Positions 57,408 to 61,966 of a stretch of DNA of 61,966 nucleotides are shown here, one piece after another (position 1 is the stretch's first letter; each line of letters starts with the position of its first letter). The translations under genes and the position numbers were made by a program. Source of the DNA: Pyrinomonadales bacterium (GTDB lineage Bacteria > Acidobacteriota > Blastocatellia > Pyrinomonadales > Pyrinomonadaceae); assembly GCA_038212235.1 (NCBI GenBank), contig JBBQUS010000032.1:1-61966 (forward strand). The letters are read 5' to 3'. A model generated the notes under the pieces. That model was not told the DNA's origin and ran no database searches. It worked only from the letters and a program-made list of their open reading frames with translations.

Positions 57408-57421
57408 TACTAACTTAGCTA
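57408..57421. promoter_or_regulatory. Perfect 14-bp palindrome AGTAAGTACTTACT about 15 bp upstream of the emrA-like start. Candidate operator.
   Basis: Self-complementary sequence read directly. Confidence 0.3.
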
Positions 57422-57434
57422 GGGTTAAACTCAA

Positions 57435-58961
57435 ATGAGCGAGAGAGTCGAAGAGAAGAGTCCCGTTGCTGCTCCGAGCACCAACGGCAAACCGCAAACA
57501 ATTCATCAGACTAACGGAACCAACGGAAATAATGGAGCCAACGGAGGAGCGCCGAAAAATCAGGATGGCGCATCTGCCCCGGAAGAAACCCAATCAAAGG
57601 AAAATCAGGAAACCGCTCCGAATCAGACAGACGCAAACGAAACCGAAATCAAAAGCGAGGAAACAAAACCGTCGCGGCGTCGTTTGCCGATTTTTATTGT
57701 CGCCGGAGTGCTGCTGATAGGCGTAATAGCCGGAACAATTTACTGGCTGTATGCGAGACAGTATGAGACTACCGATGATGCTTTTATTGACGGCGATATC
57801 GTGCAGGTCAGTCCAAAATTATCAGCTTACGTTTCAAAAGTTTATGTTCATGATAATCAGCAAGTCAAAAAAGGCGATTTGCTGGTTGAGCTTGACCCGA
57901 GAGATTATCAGGCTCGTCTGGAAGCCGCGAACGCTCAATTGACAGCAGCCAAAGCGCAGCGCGGGCAGGCCCAAGCCGGGGTCGAATTAACGCGCAAAAC
58001 AACAACCGCCGGACGTTCTGAGGCTTCGTCAAACGTCGAAACCGCTCGCAGCAATGTTGAACAGACGCGCCTCGCCGCCGAGTCAAAACAGAGCGTGATC
58101 AGACAAGCCCAGAGCGCTGTTAAAACCGCGCAGGCCAATCTAGCGCAAACGCGAGCGCAGGTTCCGCAAGCGCAGGCAAATCTGCGTTTGGCACAGCTCG
58201 AATTTAATCGCCAGCAAAATCTTTATAATCGCGGCGATGTTTCCAAACAATCACTTGACCAAGCCACGACAGCTTTACAAACCACTCAGGCGCAGCTTGA
58301 GGCCGCTAACAAACTGGTTGACGCCGCCGCCGCGCGGGTTTCCGAAGCCAACGCCAACGTTGCCGTCGCGCAAGACAATTATCGCCAATCTCTGGCTCAG
58401 GTTAATCTGACGCAGTCGCAAGTTAATGAATCGCAAGGACGGCTCGAAGACGCTGCTGCCGCGCCTGAACGGATTGCGGTTAATCAATCGCAGGTGGGAA
58501 CGGCCGAAGCGCAAATGGCGCAGGCCGAAACCGCCGTGCGTCAAGCCGAACTTGAACTTTCATACACCAAAATCTACGCTCCAGAGGATGGATTTGTCAC
58601 TCGTAAGTCGGTTCAGGAAGGTCAGTTAGTCCAACCCGGTACGGCTCTAATGGCGCTCTCGCAGTCGGATGTCTGGGTAGTCGCGAACTTCAAAGAAACT
58701 CAGCTCGGATTGATGCGTCCCGGTCAGGCGGTTGACGTTTATGTTGATGCGTATCCGAATAAAACTTTTCGCGGCAAAATTGATAGTTTTCAGCTCGGAA
58801 CAGGGTCACGCTTTTCGGTTTTGCCGGCCGAAAATGCGACGGGTAACTATGTCAAAGTCGTTCAGCGCGTTCCGGTCAAAATAATTTTTGACGAAACTCC
58901 TGATGATGTCCGTTTGCTCGCGCCCGGCATGAGCGTTCAACCGAAAGTAAAGGTTAGATAA
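57435..58961 (+). CDS. HlyD/EmrA-family membrane fusion protein with an N-terminal Asn/Gly/Thr-rich low-complexity extension
   Basis: TM anchor. HlyD N-terminal block DGDIVQVSPKLSAYVSKVYV. Long Q/A-rich coiled coil. C-terminal beta-barrel motif. Confidence 0.8.
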   Translation: MSERVEEKSPVAAPSTNGKPQTIHQTNGTNGNNGANGGAPKNQDGASAPEETQSKENQETAPNQTDANETEIKSEETKPSRRRLPIFIVAGVLLIGVIAGTIYWLYARQYETTDDAFIDGDIVQVSPKLSAYVSKVYVHDNQQVKKGDLLVELDPRDYQARLEAANAQLTAAKAQRGQAQAGVELTRKTTTAGRSEASSNVETARSNVEQTRLAAESKQSVIRQAQSAVKTAQANLAQTRAQVPQAQANLRLAQLEFNRQQNLYNRGDVSKQSLDQATTALQTTQAQLEAANKLVDAAAARVSEANANVAVAQDNYRQSLAQVNLTQSQVNESQGRLEDAAAAPERIAVNQSQVGTAEAQMAQAETAVRQAELELSYTKIYAPEDGFVTRKSVQEGQLVQPGTALMALSQSDVWVVANFKETQLGLMRPGQAVDVYVDAYPNKTFRGKIDSFQLGTGSRFSVLPAENATGNYVKVVQRVPVKIIFDETPDDVRLLAPGMSVQPKVKVR

Positions 58962-59048
58962 GGGATGAAGGATGAGGGCGGAGAGATGAAAGCCAATGAA
59001 TCTAATCAAATTAGATTATCTATTTAATTTCATCCCTCATCCTTCATC
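58962..59048. repeat. Compound hairpin between emrA-like and emrB-like genes: 15-bp outer stem built from GATGAAG/GATGAGG heptamers, with a nested AATCTAAT-CAA-ATTAGATT palindrome
   Basis: gggatgaaggatgaggg...ccctcatccttcatc. Inner aatctaatcaaattagatt. Confidence 0.7.
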
Positions 59049-59065
59049 ACTCATCTTTCTTCTTT

Positions 59066-60679
59066 ATGGCTACCAGCACTGCCGCGCTTGACGCAAAATA
59101 TAGTTCTGCCGAAAAGTCGCGCCCCGATATCAATCCGATTCTGGTCGTGATGATTTTAACAATTGCGACGTTTATGGAAGTGCTTGACACTGCCATTGCA
59201 AATGTTTCTCTGCGGCAAATAGCGGGCAGTTTTTCCGCCGGTCAGGACGAATCAACTTGGGTTTTAACTTCGTATCTCGTTGCCAACGCGATTGTTTTGC
59301 CGATCAGCGGCTGGCTTGCCACATATTTTGGGCGCAAACGATTTTATATGTTTTGCGTCGGATTATTCGTCGTCAGCTCCTTTATGTGCGGAGCTTCGAC
59401 GAGTCTCGGAATGCTGATTTTCTTTCGCATTCTGCAAGGTTTGGGCGGCGGCGGTTTGGCTCCGTCCGAGCAATCTATTATTGCCGATACGGTTCCGCCG
59501 CAAAAACGCGGCATCGCCTTTGCAATTTACGGGATGGGCGTAGTTTTTGCCCCGGCCATCGGCCCGACCCTCGGCGGCTGGATTACTGATAATTACAGCT
59601 GGCACTGGATTTTCTTTATCAACGTCCCGGTCGGAGTTTTATCGCTTGCGCTCACCTGGTATTTTGTCAGAGAGCCAAAAGGAACAGCAATCGAGCGCGA
59701 AAGACTAAAAAAAGAGGGCTCCAAAATTGATTGGGTAGGTATTTTGCTGTTTGCAGTTGGCATCGGCGCGCTTGAGATTGTTTTGGATGAAGGTAATCGC
59801 GAGGATTGGTTTGAATCAAGTTTTATCATCGCTTTCGCGATTGTCGCAGTTATCTCTCTCGTTATTGGGATTACCTACGAGTTTTACCAAAAACACCCGG
59901 CAGTTGATGTGCGGCTCTTGTTAAATCGTAACTTCGCTAGTTCTTTTATACTGCTTTTTGTTCTAGGTTTCATTCTTTTCGGCTCGACTTTTTTATTGCC
60001 GTTAATGGCGCAATCTCTGCTCGGATACTCGGCGATTGACGCCGGAATGGTTATTTCGCCGGGCGGCCTGGTTGTGATGGCAATGATGCCCGCCGTCGGT
60101 TTTATGCTGCAGAAAGTTCAGGCGCGCTGGCTAATTCTGGCCGGATTAACCATTTCCGCTCTCTCTCTCTGGCATTTGACAACGCTTAGTTTGGACGCGG
60201 ATTATTATTCACTAATGTGGGCGCGAATATATCAGGCTTCCGGTCTGGCGCTGCTGTTCGTGCCGATTAACACGGCTTCCTACACGGGCGTTCCGGCCAA
60301 CAAAAGCAATAGTGTCTCGGCTCTGATGAATCTCTCACGAAATCTTGGCGGCAGTTTCGGCATTGCAATTTTGTCCACGCTTTTAGCCAGACAGACGCAG
60401 CATCACATTAACACCCTTGGCTATTACACAACCGATTACAGCCCAAACTTTGTCGCGGCTCTTAACAAACTCACGCAAATTTTGCAGGAGCAGGGTTTAA
60501 GCGCGATGGACGCCGCTACTCAGGCTCGCGGCAGAATCTGGTCTAATGTTATTAGACAAGCTACGATGCTCGCTTTTATTGATGATTTTTATATTTTAAT
60601 GCTTTTGATTGCCGGTGCGATTCCGCTCGTCTTTTTGCTCAAAGCAAACAAACCGGGAGCAGGCGGCGGGGGACATTAA
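59066..60679 (+). CDS. MFS transporter, DHA2/EmrB-QacA family (14 TM)
   Basis: 537 aa. MFS motif A region. EmrB-like conserved N-terminus (MEVLDTAIANVSL). Confidence 0.85.
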   Translation: MATSTAALDAKYSSAEKSRPDINPILVVMILTIATFMEVLDTAIANVSLRQIAGSFSAGQDESTWVLTSYLVANAIVLPISGWLATYFGRKRFYMFCVGLFVVSSFMCGASTSLGMLIFFRILQGLGGGGLAPSEQSIIADTVPPQKRGIAFAIYGMGVVFAPAIGPTLGGWITDNYSWHWIFFINVPVGVLSLALTWYFVREPKGTAIERERLKKEGSKIDWVGILLFAVGIGALEIVLDEGNREDWFESSFIIAFAIVAVISLVIGITYEFYQKHPAVDVRLLLNRNFASSFILLFVLGFILFGSTFLLPLMAQSLLGYSAIDAGMVISPGGLVVMAMMPAVGFMLQKVQARWLILAGLTISALSLWHLTTLSLDADYYSLMWARIYQASGLALLFVPINTASYTGVPANKSNSVSALMNLSRNLGGSFGIAILSTLLARQTQHHINTLGYYTTDYSPNFVAALNKLTQILQEQGLSAMDAATQARGRIWSNVIRQATMLAFIDDFYILMLLIAGAIPLVFLLKANKPGAGGGGH

Positions 60680-60797
60680 TCAGTTAACAATTAATCAGTC
60701 AACAGTTAACAGTCAACAATACAAAAGCTTTACACAAAGTCAGCGTCTGTTGATCTATGATAACTGTTGACTGTTAACTGTTAACTGTTAACTGATT
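60679..60797. repeat. Inverted pair of CAGTTAACAG / CAGTCAACAG heptamer arrays (arms of about 40 bp) spanning the space between convergent gene ends
   Basis: taatcagttaacaattaatcagtcaacagttaacagtcaacaat ... atgataactgttgactgttaactgttaactgttaactgatta. Confidence 0.9.
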
Positions 60798-61301
60798 AGG
60801 TATTGGCAGCCAACGCCAATCTTCACCGTACAATTCTTGATTTAACCGCTCAATCTTTCTCTCGGCGTTATCTTGCAGGCATTGCGGCGGCAAATCCTCC
60901 TGCCGTTCGTAACAAGCGTGTTGAATGCACGGAGCGGGTTTGGCTTCGTCGTGAACCAGGCAACCGATTTTCGGCTCAAAAAGAGGGCACGCGTAAGTTT
61001 GCTTAAAAGTGTCTCCAGTTTTATCTAACGCATATTTTTTAATTGTCTCTGCAAGACGCTCGTCAATTTTTTTCAGTTCTTCGGCGTTTAATTTACGCTG
61101 CAAAGTTTCGCGGATTGCGACGGCTTCGAGCGGCGTGATGTGAACGTTAACAAAATGAGCGTCGGTGCAGCACGCACCAAAAGTCGGACAGGCGGCGCAA
61201 TCTTGGGCTGCGGTTTCAAAATTCTCACTGATAAATTTACGGTAAGAATCTTTGACGCGGCGTAATTCCGTCAAAGATTCTTGTTCAAGAATGGTCGGCA
61301 T
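60774..61301 (-). CDS. YkgJ-family (UPF0153) zinc/iron-chelating Cys-cluster protein
   Basis: CAACPTFGACC (CxxCxxxGxCC) motif and further conserved Cys. The C-terminal codons run into the heptamer repeats. Confidence 0.6.
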   Translation of the reverse strand: MPTILEQESLTELRRVKDSYRKFISENFETAAQDCAACPTFGACCTDAHFVNVHITPLEAVAIRETLQRKLNAEELKKIDERLAETIKKYALDKTGDTFKQTYACPLFEPKIGCLVHDEAKPAPCIQHACYERQEDLPPQCLQDNAERKIERLNQELYGEDWRWLPIPNQLTVNS

Positions 61302-61312
61302 TTTTATAATTT

Positions 61313-61774
61313 TTATCTTCCTAAAAACGATAATCGTTCCAAAATTTCGTTTAACTCCTGCCGGCTTTTGCTTCCAGTTTCCGGGTTATATTCATCAAGC
61401 GCTGAATTTTCCAAAAAGTTAGATAATCTTTTGAGATGATTTATTAAAGCCGGTTTTACGTTTTCAGGCGCGGTTTGCAGAAGCAATTGCAACAGTTGCA
61501 ATTGCTTCTGCTTGGTTTCTTGGTCATGAATGCCTGTCTCGGCTTTTGACAAAAAACTTCCAACTGAAAATAACCACGATTCTTTGGGATTGCCACTTAA
61601 TTTGCCATCAATAGAGGCATGAACAGAAGCAAAAATTGAGCTTTTGTTTTCCCAATTTTCAACTGTCATTTGCAGCATTTGTTCTTCGAAATCAAAACCG
61701 GATGGCAACAGCGTAATTAAATTTTTCAAACTATATTTGTCGCGATCTATTGAAATGCTACCTTCACTTTGCAA
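61313..61774 (-). CDS. Hypothetical protein (153 aa)
   Basis: ORF only. Confidence 0.35.
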   Translation of the reverse strand: MQSEGSISIDRDKYSLKNLITLLPSGFDFEEQMLQMTVENWENKSSIFASVHASIDGKLSGNPKESWLFSVGSFLSKAETGIHDQETKQKQLQLLQLLLQTAPENVKPALINHLKRLSNFLENSALDEYNPETGSKSRQELNEILERLSFLGR

Positions 61775-61966
61775 TGCGTAACCTATTTCCAGCCAGCTAA
61801 ATGAAGATGGAACAAAGTTATAGATAATAAGTAGTCGTTCACAATTAAACTGAACTATGTTTGAAGCCTGAAAATCTTATTCTCAGACTTTTTCCAAACG
61901 CCGCGAGTGCTTGCCTAACCGCATATTGTAAGTGCCCTCTCGACTCGTAATCCTCTGCAGACAGCC

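Overview
This is a bacterial chromosomal window of about 62 kb with dense, mostly co-linear coding. GC content is moderate. Gene content (LpxK, MtgA, BamD-like protein, OPT transporter, GH2, M14 and M16 peptidases, DUF1800, RRM protein) suggests a Gram-negative, Acidobacteria- or Bacteroidota-like organism. I cannot assign a taxon from sequence alone.

Recognisable housekeeping genes:
- lpxK, a monofunctional peptidoglycan transglycosylase, and a CrtI-type phytoene desaturase.
- Two acyl-CoA dehydrogenases. One is divergently paired with an APH-family kinase, which recalls the fused eukaryotic ACAD10/11 architecture.
- MeaB and methylmalonyl-CoA epimerase, a hybrid sensor kinase, scpB and rluB.
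- Tandem parvulin PPIases, two MBL-fold hydrolases, HicAB, MTAP and a PfkB kinase.
- An OPT transporter, a GH2 hydrolase, M14 and M16 peptidases, a rhomboid protease, an RRM RNA-binding protein and infA.
- A GltP-type symporter, nadK, and an EmrAB-like efflux pair.

No rRNA, tRNA, CRISPR array, transposase or integrase could be recognised.

Features I consider most worth follow-up:
1. A lower-GC block of about 6.5 kb at the left end. It encodes a P4H-like 2OG oxygenase, a zinc-ribbon SAM methyltransferase, an ArnC-like GT2 and an ArnT/PMT-like GT-C glycosyltransferase. It also carries a translationally coupled pair of AT-rich genes of unknown function, and so looks like an acquired polyprenyl-phosphate-sugar modification locus. 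A second GT2 + GT-C pair lies at 32.2-34.9 kb.
2. A dispersed family of heptanucleotide short tandem repeats (CAGTTAT / CAGTTAA / CAGTCAA, GTGAATA, TTTCGTA, GACTTTG, AAATCCA, GATGAAG). They occur in intergenic spacers, often abutting stop or start codons and in inverted pairs, and also in frame inside conserved genes (lpxK, an M16 peptidase). This resembles cyanobacterial STRR elements in an apparently non-cyanobacterial genome.
3. A MITE-like element of about 160 bp with 35-bp terminal inverted repeats between convergent genes.
4. A flotillin/SPFH protein whose SPFH domain is split by a triplicated (perhaps quadruplicated) repeat of about 90 aa with an H-x-N-F-Q-D signature.
5. A PD-(D/E)xK-motif protein embedded between meaB and the epimerase gene.
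6. An AT-rich HicAB mini-island with extra small ORFs.
7. A sharply AT-rich in-frame patch inside the M14 peptidase gene.

All calls are by eye from the translations and sequence. Coordinates of non-ORF features are approximate (about ±2 nt).
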